Assembly (NCBI GenBank): GCA_004322215.1
Contig: SCSM01000011.1
Span: 450,697 to 514,696 of the forward strand
Direction: 5' to 3'
Source of the DNA: Bacteroidota bacterium
GTDB lineage: Bacteria; Bacteroidota; Ignavibacteria; Kapaibacteriales; UBA2268
DNA length: 64,000 nt
In this document: positions 28,613 through 38,141 of the stretch, one piece after another
How positions within the stretch are numbered: position 1 is the first letter of the stretch
How the letters are laid out: each line of letters begins with the position of its first letter
Notes under the pieces: generated by a model
The model's input: only the letters and a program-made list of their open reading frames with translations
Told to the model about the DNA's origin: nothing
Databases searched by the model: none
Made by a program: the position numbers and the translations under genes

Positions 28613-29944
28613 TTATGCAGATGCAACTTTAGTAAATTCAAATCCTTTGTCATTTGTATTTATTTTAATTGTATCACCTGCCGTAAACTCTGATTCTAAC
28701 AATTTTAGTGCCAAAGCATCGGTAATATGCTTTTGCAACGCCCTCTTCAGTGGTCTTGCTCCGAATTGAGTGTCATAGCCGATTCTCGTGAGCCAATCCA
28801 ATGCGTCTTCCGAAATTTCCAGTTTAATGTCCAATTTATTCAGCTTGCTTTTCAATCCGTTCATCTGTAAAAGAGCAATTTGGTGTATTTCTTCCCTGAT
28901 TAATGGCTTGAATAGAATGATTTCATCAATTCTATTCAAAAACTCAGGACGCATTTTCTTTCTGAGCATATCAATTATATTCACTCTTAGCTTGCTCATC
29001 AGTTCTTCGCGATTATTCTCATTTATATCCTGGAGCTTATCCTGAATTATTTCAGTTCCGAGATTCGATGTCATAATGATAATAGTATTCTTGAAATTAA
29101 CTGTCCTTCCTTTTCCGTCTGTAAGTCGTCCTTCATCCAACACCTGTAACAATACATTGAATACTTCCGGATGTGCCTTTTCGATTTCATCGAGCAGTAC
29201 AACTGAATAAGGATGATGCCTGACTGCCTCTGTCAACTGTCCTCCTTCCTCATATCCGACATACCCGGGAGGAGCACCAATCAGTCTCGATACAGAATAT
29301 TTTTCCATATACTCGCTCATATCAATGCGAACCATTGATGTTTCAGAATCAAATAGAAACTCAGCCAAAGCTCTCGCCATTTCTGTTTTGCCGACACCCG
29401 TCGAACCGAGAAAAATGAATGAGCCGATTGGTCGGTTAGCATCCTGCAAGCCGGCTCTCGTTCTTCTTATTGCATTCGCCACAGCCGATACAGCTTCTTC
29501 CTGGTCCACAAGCCGTTGATGAATCCTTTCTTCTATTTTCAGAAGTTTCGTTCTTTCTGTTTCCAACATTCTCTGAACGGGAATGCCTGTCCATTTCGCT
29601 ACTATTTCGGCAATGTCTTCCGAGTCAACTTCCTCTTTCAGTAATTTTGAATTTTTCTGTACTTCGACAAGTTTTTCGTTGGCTTCTTTAAGTTTCTTTT
29701 CTAAATCAAGTATGGTTCCGTAACGAAGTTCAGCGACCTTGCCGAGTTCACCCTGCCGTTCGAAATCATCTGCTCTTTGTTTTGTTTCTTCAATTCGTGC
29801 TTTGAAGCTTCTGATGTTTTGTATTATGCTCTTTTCCTTTTCCCATCTAACTTTAAGCCCGGACTGCTCCTGCTTAAGATTAGCAAGTTCCTTCTCAATT
29901 TCTTCGAGCCGCTTTTTTGTAGAATCAGTTTGAGTTATATCCAT
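28613..29944 (-). pseudogene. clpB: 5'-truncated ClpB (second half of M-domain plus complete NBD2 only)
   Basis: AELRYG, AEIVAKWTGIPV, GSTGVGKT, RIDMSEY, GAPPGYVGYEEGG, LLDEIEKAH, RPEFLNRID, GARPLKR. In-frame TGA TAA lie just upstream of the ATG at 29944; no N-domain/NBD1 sequence anywhere in the window. Confidence 0.8.
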
Positions 29945-30020
29945 TTTTTATCATGAAAAACAGTCAATAAACAACAACTAATATAAGAATTTAGCACGAA
30001 TTTATTGTAATATATTACAT

Positions 30021-30059
30021 GTCATTCTGAGTCCCGATTTTAATCGGGACGAAGAATCT
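30021..30059 (+). repeat. GTCATTC-type REP-like palindrome with internal CCCGAT/ATCGGG hairpin
   Basis: GTCATTCTGA-GTCCCGAT-TTTA-ATCGGGAC-GAAGAATCT, preceded by the perfect palindrome TGTAATATATTACA (30006-30019). Confidence 0.65.
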
Positions 30060-30102
30060 TCTTAAATCACAAATCGTTAATCTTTATTCTTAAATCCTGA
30101 TG

Positions 30103-30128
30103 GTCATTCCGTACTCGTCACTGAATCC
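30103..30128 (+). repeat. Degenerate GTCATTCC...GAATCC REP-like element
   Basis: GTCATTCCGTACTCGTCACTGAATCC; same ends as the reverse complement of 32263..32287. Confidence 0.5.
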
Positions 30129-30341
30129 ATTGATTTAAACCAATATCAGAATAGTTTGTTATCATTGTTATATATAGTGTAATGCCCATAGTTTCTCAGG
30201 GCTAAATAATACAATCCATTTTAATCATAGTAATCATTGAAATCACAAAAATCACATTTCAGACTTTTTTATTATTTCACTGAAACATTTTGCCGTTTTA
30301 TTTGTTATTACATAAAGTATAATGACAATATTGGAAGTATT

Positions 30342-32228
30342 ATGAGAAATCTCATTTATATTTGCTTAGCAATTTCACTTATAATTGTTAATAATACCGA
30401 TTGTTATCCTCAGTTTGTAGATTTCCCAACTTATTACGATTGGGGCAGAAATAGAATTGATATGCCTCGATTTCCCGCTGGTCCTTATGAATCTGATGAC
30501 GGTTATCCGGTGATATTGTTTATTAATAATTATTTTGATGATGTCATTATTTATGGTTATAGAATTATATCTGAGATAAATGGCAGTGCTTTTGAATTTG
30601 ACAAAAATGCTTTTAATAATGTTGTGGTACATCCTCAGGATGGTATTCTTGTTCCGGTTAAATTTCATCCCAAAAAACCAGGTCCGCATCTTTTAATTCT
30701 TGAATTAATTAATTCTGAATTTATTAACGCAAGATACACTTTAAAGGGAACTGGTATTGTGCCCAAGGTAATCACAAGTGATGTTGATTTCGGGAGTACA
30801 ATATTACAGGATTATAATAATCCTAACAGTAGAAAAGTAAGATTCACAAATCCTAATTCGAGTGAATGGGAATATGGTGATACTCTCACAATTAATAATT
30901 TCACTATTAAACCAATAGGAAATGAAATAGGAATCAGTACAAACTGGGGAACTGAAGGATTCAGATATCAGAAATCCTCACTTAATCTACCTGTAAAACT
31001 TGCACAGGGAGAATATCTCGAATTCGTTGCTGAATTCGTTGCCGATAAAGTTCCTCAATCAAGTGCATCTCTTATCAGTGCAAGCAATGCCGATACAGAA
31101 GCTGTTTCTAATTGGACCGGATATGGAATTGTACAGGGTATAAGAGTTACAGCAGGAGAAGTTTCAACTTGTTATAATACCCCTCTTGTTATTAAATGTA
31201 TAGTTTATAATACCGGTTCTGATGATTTGACTGTTGATTCATTAAAGATACAACCTTTGGATTCTCAAAGTGTAGGTGTTTTTGAGTTTGTCTCTCCAAA
31301 TGATTCATTAGGATTTCAGCTTGTTGCAAATGAATTTAAAGAAATCGAAATCAGTTATAATCCAAAGAAACCATCACAAGGAAATATACCGTCTATTACT
31401 ACTCACAAAGCAAATTTAGTTGTCTATAATAATACAATATTTACCCCTATTGTATTAAGTGAAACACCTTTGATAGGCAATGCTATGCATCAATATGTAA
31501 CAACAAGGTTAGAATTATCGAGAGATTCGGTTACAATTGGTGATACAGTCGATGCTAAAATAATTCTGTTACCTGGTGAAGATTTAGCTAATCACAATAT
31601 TGATACGATGGATATTACTTTAAAATATAATACCGGATTTTTGAAATTTTTGAGAGACGAAATTCGATTGGATGGAATATTGAAAGACAGGTTTATTACT
31701 GATTCGGTAAATGTATCCGATTCGACTGGTGAAGTACAAATTAGTCTTTCTTCAAAAACTGATTTATACAACTTTCCGGAAGGTGGCGAACTATTAAAAT
31801 TTAAATTCCTTACTGTAACTCCTCTTGATACATATACAGTTGCTTTCATTCAGCATGATATGATACATCATTTATGCTTATGCCTGGATAAAATTTGTGA
31901 AAATCCGGAACCGGTAAGGTTAGTAAACTATAATTCAGTAATAAAAATAATATCATTAAACAATAAAGATTTTGATGTTAAAGATATAATTCCTAATCCT
32001 GTTCTCAGTGGCTTTTTTAAATTAGTATTTAGAATTGGACAAACAGGTACAACTGAAATCAAAATATATAATTCATTTGGACAACTGTCTGCTTATTCAA
32101 TGATTGAAAATCTAATTCCGGGAGTATATTCAATTATAATTGATGTCAGCAATCTCCCAATCGGAGCTTACTGGTGCGATTTGCTCTCCGGTTCATATCA
32201 CGAAACAAAAATGTTTATCGTGAAGTGA
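30342..32228 (+). CDS. Secreted Ig-like/cohesin-like repeat protein with T9SS C-terminal domain
   Basis: Signal peptide from the ATG at 30342; Ig-like units (VPVKFHP, VDFG, VYNTGSDDLTVDSL); cohesin-like ITLKYN...GGELLKFKF; CTD IPNPV...IKIYNSFGQ...GAY. Confidence 0.75.
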   Translation: MRNLIYICLAISLIIVNNTDCYPQFVDFPTYYDWGRNRIDMPRFPAGPYESDDGYPVILFINNYFDDVIIYGYRIISEINGSAFEFDKNAFNNVVVHPQDGILVPVKFHPKKPGPHLLILELINSEFINARYTLKGTGIVPKVITSDVDFGSTILQDYNNPNSRKVRFTNPNSSEWEYGDTLTINNFTIKPIGNEIGISTNWGTEGFRYQKSSLNLPVKLAQGEYLEFVAEFVADKVPQSSASLISASNADTEAVSNWTGYGIVQGIRVTAGEVSTCYNTPLVIKCIVYNTGSDDLTVDSLKIQPLDSQSVGVFEFVSPNDSLGFQLVANEFKEIEISYNPKKPSQGNIPSITTHKANLVVYNNTIFTPIVLSETPLIGNAMHQYVTTRLELSRDSVTIGDTVDAKIILLPGEDLANHNIDTMDITLKYNTGFLKFLRDEIRLDGILKDRFITDSVNVSDSTGEVQISLSSKTDLYNFPEGGELLKFKFLTVTPLDTYTVAFIQHDMIHHLCLCLDKICENPEPVRLVNYNSVIKIISLNNKDFDVKDIIPNPVLSGFFKLVFRIGQTGTTEIKIYNSFGQLSAYSMIENLIPGVYSIIIDVSNLPIGAYWCDLLSGSYHETKMFIVK

Positions 32229-32262
32229 ATTTCAATTATTTTTTCTTTTAAAAAATCGACAT

Positions 32263-32287
32263 GGATTCCTGCTTTCGCAGGAATGAC
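32263..32287 (-). repeat. GTCATTCC-type REP-like palindrome (may also act as a bidirectional terminator)
   Basis: Minus strand GTCATTCCTGCGAAAGCAGGAATCC, between convergent genes. Confidence 0.7.
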
Positions 32288-32292
32288 ATCTA

Positions 32293-33186
32293 TCAAAACA
32301 CTAACTTCAATCCTATTCTCATATTATCGTAATTCATCGGTGTTTCCGATTTAAAAGGCCAGTTCATTTGATGACGTCGAAATTCATAGAATAAAAATGA
32401 AATGGCATTTTTTATTAGGAAATTAACGGCAGGCAGATTACTTCTGTTTAAATTAATAACTTCGATTCCATATAAATCAATTGCTCTTTGGATTAACAAT
32501 TCGAGTGAACTGCTTCCTAACCATTTCAATGCAAGATGTCGCGGAAATATTATTTGATGCTCATATCCAATATCGAATTTCAATACCGGCATTACATCGA
32601 TGAGCAATCCGCAATCGAACGAAGTTCCAAATCGAAATTCCTCATCAAAAAGTACGGCGATATTGCTGTCGGATGGATTTGAAGGAAAGTTTTCAATATC
32701 AACCTTTGTCCAGTTTATCGTTCCCGAATTGTACAATGTGAATTTTGTTTTATCTTTGAGAGAATATCCGTATCCGTTGCTGTAGCCGAATCCGAAGCAC
32801 CATGCGTCAGTCGTTACACCATTCGTAATTTTTTTCCTGTCTAATTTCAGATAAGAAGAAGTATTCCTTAAAAAAGTATACTCTGATGCAAAGTAATAAT
32901 TCCCAATTTGAGTGAAGGATGTATCTAAACGCAAGAATCCATACCTTAAATCCAATGAAAATGCTTTGACTATCGGTGTATTGAATTGTCCGCCGAATCC
33001 GGGAAGCTCCAAACCATAGTACAACTCTAAGAAATAATTGTTTTTAACTTCCTTGGGATATTTCAATTTATTAAGGAAATTATCTATTTCCGAAATTCTC
33101 GATGTGTCATTTTTCGCATGACCTATATAAGCAAATAGAGAGGTAATTATCAAAAATAATATGGTTGTGATTTTCACTTTTCTCAA
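32293..33186 (-). CDS. Uncharacterised outer-membrane protein (paralog of 23519..24397)
   Basis: TTG start, signal peptide, same motif series as 23519..24397, C-terminal IGLKLVF. Confidence 0.6.
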   Translation of the reverse strand: MRKVKITTILFLIITSLFAYIGHAKNDTSRISEIDNFLNKLKYPKEVKNNYFLELYYGLELPGFGGQFNTPIVKAFSLDLRYGFLRLDTSFTQIGNYYFASEYTFLRNTSSYLKLDRKKITNGVTTDAWCFGFGYSNGYGYSLKDKTKFTLYNSGTINWTKVDIENFPSNPSDSNIAVLFDEEFRFGTSFDCGLLIDVMPVLKFDIGYEHQIIFPRHLALKWLGSSSLELLIQRAIDLYGIEVINLNRSNLPAVNFLIKNAISFLFYEFRRHQMNWPFKSETPMNYDNMRIGLKLVF

Positions 33187-33213
33187 ATTGAATTAATCAA
33201 GCGAATTGTACTT

Positions 33214-34404
33214 TTAAATTTCAAGTGCTGCAACACCCGGTAAAATCTTTCCCTCCAGGTATTCAAGTGAGGCACCGCCACCTGTAGAAACATGGGTAAC
33301 CTTATTCTGGAAATTCATTTTGTTAATCGCTGCGGCAGAATCTCCTCCACCAACAATAGTAATTGCTCCTCTTCCTGTAACATCAGCCAGTTGCCGGGCA
33401 ATAGAATAAGTCCCTTTCGCAAAATTATCCATTTCAAAAACGCCCATAGGCCCGTTCCAAACAATGGTTCTTCCTTTCGATATTTCTTCATTGAACAATT
33501 TTTGTGTGTCCGGTCCTATGTCCATCCCCATCCAGCCGTCGGGAATCGAATCGGATTTTACGGTTTTAAATGAGGCATCGTTGCTGAATGAATCTGCAAT
33601 AATCGTATCGGATGGAAGGATAAGTTTTACATTTTTTGTTTTTGCTTCATCGAGCAATTCCTTTGCCATTTGTATTCTGTCTTCTTCGAGCAATGATTTT
33701 CCTATATTATATCCCATTGCTTTAAAGAAAGTATAAGCCATACCTCCGCCAATCAGTATGGAACTGCATTTATCCATAAGATACTTTATAACATCAATTT
33801 TGCCGGAAATTTTGGCACCGCCGAGAACAGCTACGAATGGTTTAACAGGATTCGTTACCGTTTTACCGAGATATTCTATTTCATTTATCATAAGGTAGCC
33901 GGCAAGCCGTGTGTCGAACAACTTAGCAACGGCTTCTGTACTTGCATGTGCCCTGTGTGCCGAGCCAAATGCATCGTTTACGTAAGCATCACCCAATTGT
34001 GCAAGTTGTTTTGCAAATTCCAAATCATTCTTTTCTTCTTCCTTATGGAATCTGAGATTTTCGAGTAATACAACTTGCCCCACTGCTGCCTCGTTTACAG
34101 CTTGTAATGCACGTTCCCCAACGCAATCAACTGCAAAAATCACATCATATCCGTATTTATCAATCATCAGGTCGGCAACCGGCTTAAGGGAATATTTCAG
34201 ATTTATCTCACCTTTTGGCCTACCCAGATGAGACATCAGGACAGGTATGCTCCCGTAATCAATAATTTTATCAATCGTCGGAAGTGATTCTTTAATTCTC
34301 GTATCATCGGTTACCTGCCGTTCGTCATCGAGCGGAACGTTGAAATCAACTCTTACTAATACTTTTTTACCTTCAATTCTAACTTCATCAATTGATTTAA
34401 TCAT
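33214..34404 (-). CDS. pgk: Phosphoglycerate kinase
   Basis: RVDFNVP, SHLGRP, LENLRF, NDAFG.AHRAHAS, WNGPMGVFE, STGGGASLE. Start placed at 34404. Confidence 0.99.
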   Translation of the reverse strand: MIKSIDEVRIEGKKVLVRVDFNVPLDDERQVTDDTRIKESLPTIDKIIDYGSIPVLMSHLGRPKGEINLKYSLKPVADLMIDKYGYDVIFAVDCVGERALQAVNEAAVGQVVLLENLRFHKEEEKNDLEFAKQLAQLGDAYVNDAFGSAHRAHASTEAVAKLFDTRLAGYLMINEIEYLGKTVTNPVKPFVAVLGGAKISGKIDVIKYLMDKCSSILIGGGMAYTFFKAMGYNIGKSLLEEDRIQMAKELLDEAKTKNVKLILPSDTIIADSFSNDASFKTVKSDSIPDGWMGMDIGPDTQKLFNEEISKGRTIVWNGPMGVFEMDNFAKGTYSIARQLADVTGRGAITIVGGGDSAAAINKMNFQNKVTHVSTGGGASLEYLEGKILPGVAALEI

Positions 34405-34430
34405 AAAAATCCCCTTAAACAAATTAAAAA

Positions 34431-34470
34431 AAATCCCTCTCATTTCGGGGAGGGATTTGGAGTGGGTTTT
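34431..34470. repeat. CCCTCTC/GGGAGGG hairpin with G-rich tail between gap and pgk
   Basis: AAATCCCTCTC-ATTTC-GGGGAGGGATTT followed by GGAGTGGG. Confidence 0.5.
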
Positions 34471-34471
34471 C

Positions 34472-35467
34472 TTAACTCAATAATTTTTCCATCAAATCAA
34501 CAATCCTGCAGGAATAACCGAATTCATTATCATACCAGCCGACAACCTTTATAAAGTTACCGCTCGCAATCGTTAATTCAGAATCGAAAATACAGGAATG
34601 TGAATTTCCTATTATATCAACTGAAACAAGCGGTTCAGTTGAATACTCCAGAATTCCTTTTAGGCTTGTTTCCGCTGCTTTTTTCATCGCAGAATTTATT
34701 TCTTCTTTTATTACTTCTTTTTTCAGAACAGCAGAGAAATCGGTAATTGAACCATCAGGAACAGGAATACGAATTGCATATCCGTTAAGTTTTCCTTTTA
34801 GCTCGGGTATAACCAACGCAACTGCCTTAGCAGCACCTGTTGTCGTTGGAATGGCGCTGACAGCAGCAGCTCTTGCCCTTCGTAAATCCTTGTGAGGTAA
34901 ATCGAGAATCCTTTGGTCGTTTGTGTAAGCATGCACTGTTGTCATTATCCCGCTAACCACTCCGAAATTGTCATTCAGAACTTTCACCATAGGTGCAAGG
35001 CAATTCGTTGTGCATGATGCATTTGATATAAGCTTCTCTTTCCCTGTCAATGAATTGTCATTAACACCTAAAACAACAGTTGCATCCAATTCCTCTTTTG
35101 CCGGTGCGGATAGAAGAACTTTCTTAGCACCGTTAGCCAGATGCTTTTCCAATGGTTCCCGTTTTGTATAAACTCCTGTTGATTCTAAAACTATATCAAC
35201 ATTACCTTTCCACGGTAATGATTCGATTTGCCTTTCTGCAGATATCGGAATCTTAATACCGTTAACTATAATACTATTTCCATCAACCTTCAAATCTTCC
35301 TGGAATTTACCATGAACCGAGTCATATTTTAATAAATGAGCAAGTGTTGGGGCATCAGTTATATCATTAATACCAACAAATTCAAATTTTCCCTTCCTCT
35401 TTAATGCTTCACGAAATGCGAGACGTCCGATTCTTCCGAAACCGTTAATAGCAAGTTTTATAGGCAT
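34472..35467 (-). CDS. gap: Glyceraldehyde-3-phosphate dehydrogenase, type I
   Basis: INGFGRIGR, SNASCTTNCLAP, TTGAAKAV, WYDNE. Start placed at 35467. Confidence 0.99.
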   Translation of the reverse strand: MPIKLAINGFGRIGRLAFREALKRKGKFEFVGINDITDAPTLAHLLKYDSVHGKFQEDLKVDGNSIIVNGIKIPISAERQIESLPWKGNVDIVLESTGVYTKREPLEKHLANGAKKVLLSAPAKEELDATVVLGVNDNSLTGKEKLISNASCTTNCLAPMVKVLNDNFGVVSGIMTTVHAYTNDQRILDLPHKDLRRARAAAVSAIPTTTGAAKAVALVIPELKGKLNGYAIRIPVPDGSITDFSAVLKKEVIKEEINSAMKKAAETSLKGILEYSTEPLVSVDIIGNSHSCIFDSELTIASGNFIKVVGWYDNEFGYSCRIVDLMEKLLS

Positions 35468-35637
35468 TACAATCCCTTTCAAAAAAAATTATTCAAAATG
35501 TACTTATAATTTTACTGTAAACGCAAATTATCAAAAATAAGTTTTAAAAAAAATTTATCCATTTTAACAGTATTATATCAAATATTCAAAAAGTTGCTAA
35601 TAATTCATTGATAGTTCTATATAGCAGGAATTTATCT

Positions 35638-37005
35638 CTAAATATTTTTCAATAATTTTACAATAAATTTTGAACCTTTATTTATTTCTGTTTCTATTTC
35701 GATTTGTCCCTTAAGTATATCAATACACTTTTTTGCAACAGATAATCCGATGCCTGTGCCTCTTAGTGTTCCGGAATTCTTGCATCTGTAAAAAGTATCA
35801 TATATATAAGGTATTTCTTCTGTAGGAATTCCGATTCCATAATCCTGAACCGATATTTCTATATAATTATTATTCGTTTTTATTGAGCTTATTATATCCG
35901 AGCCGGCAGGTGAAAATTTTACTGCATTGGAAATAATATTATATAGGACTTGTTTTAATAACTTTTGGTCAGAAACCAATTCAATATTTTCAGATTCAAT
36001 TTTAAATTTGAAATTGTGAACACCTTTGTCGCTGAACTCCTGCTCATGTACAAGCCGTACAAAAAATTCGACGACATTGAATTTCGATGAATCTATATAT
36101 AGACTGCTTGCTTCACTTTTACTGATAACGAGTATGTTTTCGAGCAATCTTGTCATCGTATTGACTGATTCATTTATATTATCTAAATGTTTGTAAAACT
36201 TGGCTTCAAGATTGTTAATTTCAAAATATCTTCTTAATATTTCAGATGAACTTAGTATTACTGTCAATGGAGTGCGGTATTCATGGGAAATCATGGAAAT
36301 GAAACTCGTTTTCATTGCACTTAATTCTTTTTCAACGTTAAGTGCTTTTGCCAAATCCTCCTTGGCTTTAATCAGTTCAATCTGTGCCTTACTTTTTTCA
36401 TCATATTCATTTCTCAATATTTTTAGAGTTTCCTCCAATTGTGCAGTTCTTTCATGGACACGTTGCTCAAGACCAATATTAAGATTCTTAATTTTCTCTT
36501 CTGCATCCTTTATCTCGTTAATATCCCTGAAAATGGAAATAATCAATTTATCATTTTTATAATCAATTAATCTTGACGAAATGATACATGTATGAAATTC
36601 ATTATGAGCTAAATTCAGTTGTGTTTCATATATTATTAAATTTTTATCCTTTTCAGTTGAGTTGAGAAATATATCCCTGTTGCTTTTATTCAGTTCGATG
36701 CCCAATTCCAGTGCTGTATTACCTATTATTTGCTCTTTTGTTAAACCTGTAAGAATTAAAAAATTATCGTTCACATCAATGAACTCTCCGGTTTCAAATT
36801 TGCTTATTGCTATTGCCTCAGGGCTTAACTGAAATATTACACCGTAATTCAGTTCGTTATCAATTAAATATTCATCAGATATTTTCGATAAAGTACTTGG
36901 AATATTATTATCTTTTATGTGGCTAATTCTAATATTCTTGATTTTGCTTCTTAGTTCATTCAATTCGGAAATTAATTCATCTTTAGTTTTTGTTTGGTCA
37001 TTCAT
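35638..37005 (-). CDS. Cytoplasmic PAS-domain sensor histidine kinase
   Basis: PAS, coiled coil LEQRVHERT, H-box SHEYRTPL, N-box NIISNAVKF, G1 DYGIGI, G2 GTGIGL; no TM segments. Confidence 0.93.
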   Translation of the reverse strand: MNDQTKTKDELISELNELRSKIKNIRISHIKDNNIPSTLSKISDEYLIDNELNYGVIFQLSPEAIAISKFETGEFIDVNDNFLILTGLTKEQIIGNTALELGIELNKSNRDIFLNSTEKDKNLIIYETQLNLAHNEFHTCIISSRLIDYKNDKLIISIFRDINEIKDAEEKIKNLNIGLEQRVHERTAQLEETLKILRNEYDEKSKAQIELIKAKEDLAKALNVEKELSAMKTSFISMISHEYRTPLTVILSSSEILRRYFEINNLEAKFYKHLDNINESVNTMTRLLENILVISKSEASSLYIDSSKFNVVEFFVRLVHEQEFSDKGVHNFKFKIESENIELVSDQKLLKQVLYNIISNAVKFSPAGSDIISSIKTNNNYIEISVQDYGIGIPTEEIPYIYDTFYRCKNSGTLRGTGIGLSVAKKCIDILKGQIEIETEINKGSKFIVKLLKNI

Positions 37006-37199
37006 ATTTACTAACCTATAAATCTACAAGAAATTTTAAATAATTTTTAATAATAGATTATGAATTTATAATTCAAATATAATTAAGCAGAAGAAAATAA
37101 CTGATAAAAATTGTTAGATGGCGTTATATGAATTAGTTCAATAATTTATGATGGGTAATAAATTGGGTAAGTATGGAAAAAAAGTACATTTAAAACCTG

Positions 37200-37273
37200 C
37201 TCCTGAGGAGGGACTTGAACCCCCGACCCTCTGATTAACAGTCAGATGCTCTAACCAGCTGAGCTACTCAGGA
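37200..37273 (-). tRNA. tRNA-Asn (GTT)
   Basis: TCCTGAGTAGCTCAGCTGGTTAGAGCATCTGACT-GTT-AATCAGAGGGTCGGGGGTTCAAGTCCCTCCTCAGGAG; cloverleaf intact, CCA not encoded. Confidence 0.97.
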
Positions 37274-37388
37274 AAATCATAAGACTACAAAATTAAATAA
37301 TATTTCTGTATTTTTCTAAATATTTTTGTATTGTATGTTCATTTTTTTTTAATATTTTCATTTTTTAATTTAATGTTTTAAAAATCTT

Positions 37389-38129
37389 ATGATTGTAAAT
37401 ACTGAAGCTATTATTCTCAAATCATTAAAATACAGCGATTCAAGTAAAATTCTATGGCTTTTCACTAAGGATTATGGCAAGATTTCTGTAATAGCAAAAG
37501 GTGCAAGACAAACAAAAAGTAAATTCGGGGCGGCTCTGGAACCACTGTCTGTTTCTAATATCTTTTTCTATAAAAAATCAAACAGGGAATTGCATACACT
37601 GTCATCTGCTGAATTAATTACAGATTTCAACAACATTCAAAATTCACTCGAAAGTATGGTATGTGGCTTAATGATTCTTGAATCCCTGATTCAGTCTCTG
37701 GATGAAAATGAAACTAATAACAGTTTATATGAAAAACTCAGATTATCCCTGGCATTACTAAATAGCAATAATAAAAATCCCTTTTCCATATTTTCTGCAT
37801 TCCAGATTGAATTGGCACATCAACTTGGATTTAGCATGAAATTTGATTATCATATTAATAGTTTGAATAAATTTCCAAAAAATTTAATTTTCTCTTTAGA
37901 AAATGGATATATTGTTGATGAAGAAAATAATAAAATTAAGTTTTTTTTCCGGCTTGATACTGAATTGGTAAGAATTTTAAAAAATATTGAAAATACAAGA
38001 ATTGATGAATTGGCTTCAATTGAAATTCCAACTTCACTGCACAAACAATTAAAAGATTTTTTTGTGAGTTATTTCAGTTTTCATTTAGAAAAGCCCTTCG
38101 GTTACAAAACATTCAGATTACTCAAATAA
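37389..38129 (+). CDS. recO: DNA repair protein RecO
   Basis: TEAIILK...YSDSSKI..LFTKDYGKISVIAKGAR..KSKFGAALEP. Confidence 0.92.
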   Translation: MIVNTEAIILKSLKYSDSSKILWLFTKDYGKISVIAKGARQTKSKFGAALEPLSVSNIFFYKKSNRELHTLSSAELITDFNNIQNSLESMVCGLMILESLIQSLDENETNNSLYEKLRLSLALLNSNNKNPFSIFSAFQIELAHQLGFSMKFDYHINSLNKFPKNLIFSLENGYIVDEENNKIKFFFRLDTELVRILKNIENTRIDELASIEIPTSLHKQLKDFFVSYFSFHLEKPFGYKTFRLLK

Positions 38130-38141
38130 ACCGATAGATTT

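Noticed and set aside
29925..29945. GTTATAT at the clpB junction as an integron attC/attI core or IS end
   Set aside because: It does not fit GTTRRRY; no matching inverse core, terminal inverted repeat, target duplication, integrase or transposase is visible.
30237..30341. Longer N-terminal extensions from the ORF track (also 1886, 19829, 34443, 35482, 48476, 61119)
   Set aside because: Downstream ATGs give proper signal peptides or homolog-like N-termini and leave room for promoter, SD or hairpin elements.
35638..37273. Genomic island integrated at tRNA-Asn
   Set aside because: The kinase gene is AT-rich, but I saw no integrase and no duplicated tRNA 3' end; the flanks are housekeeping genes.
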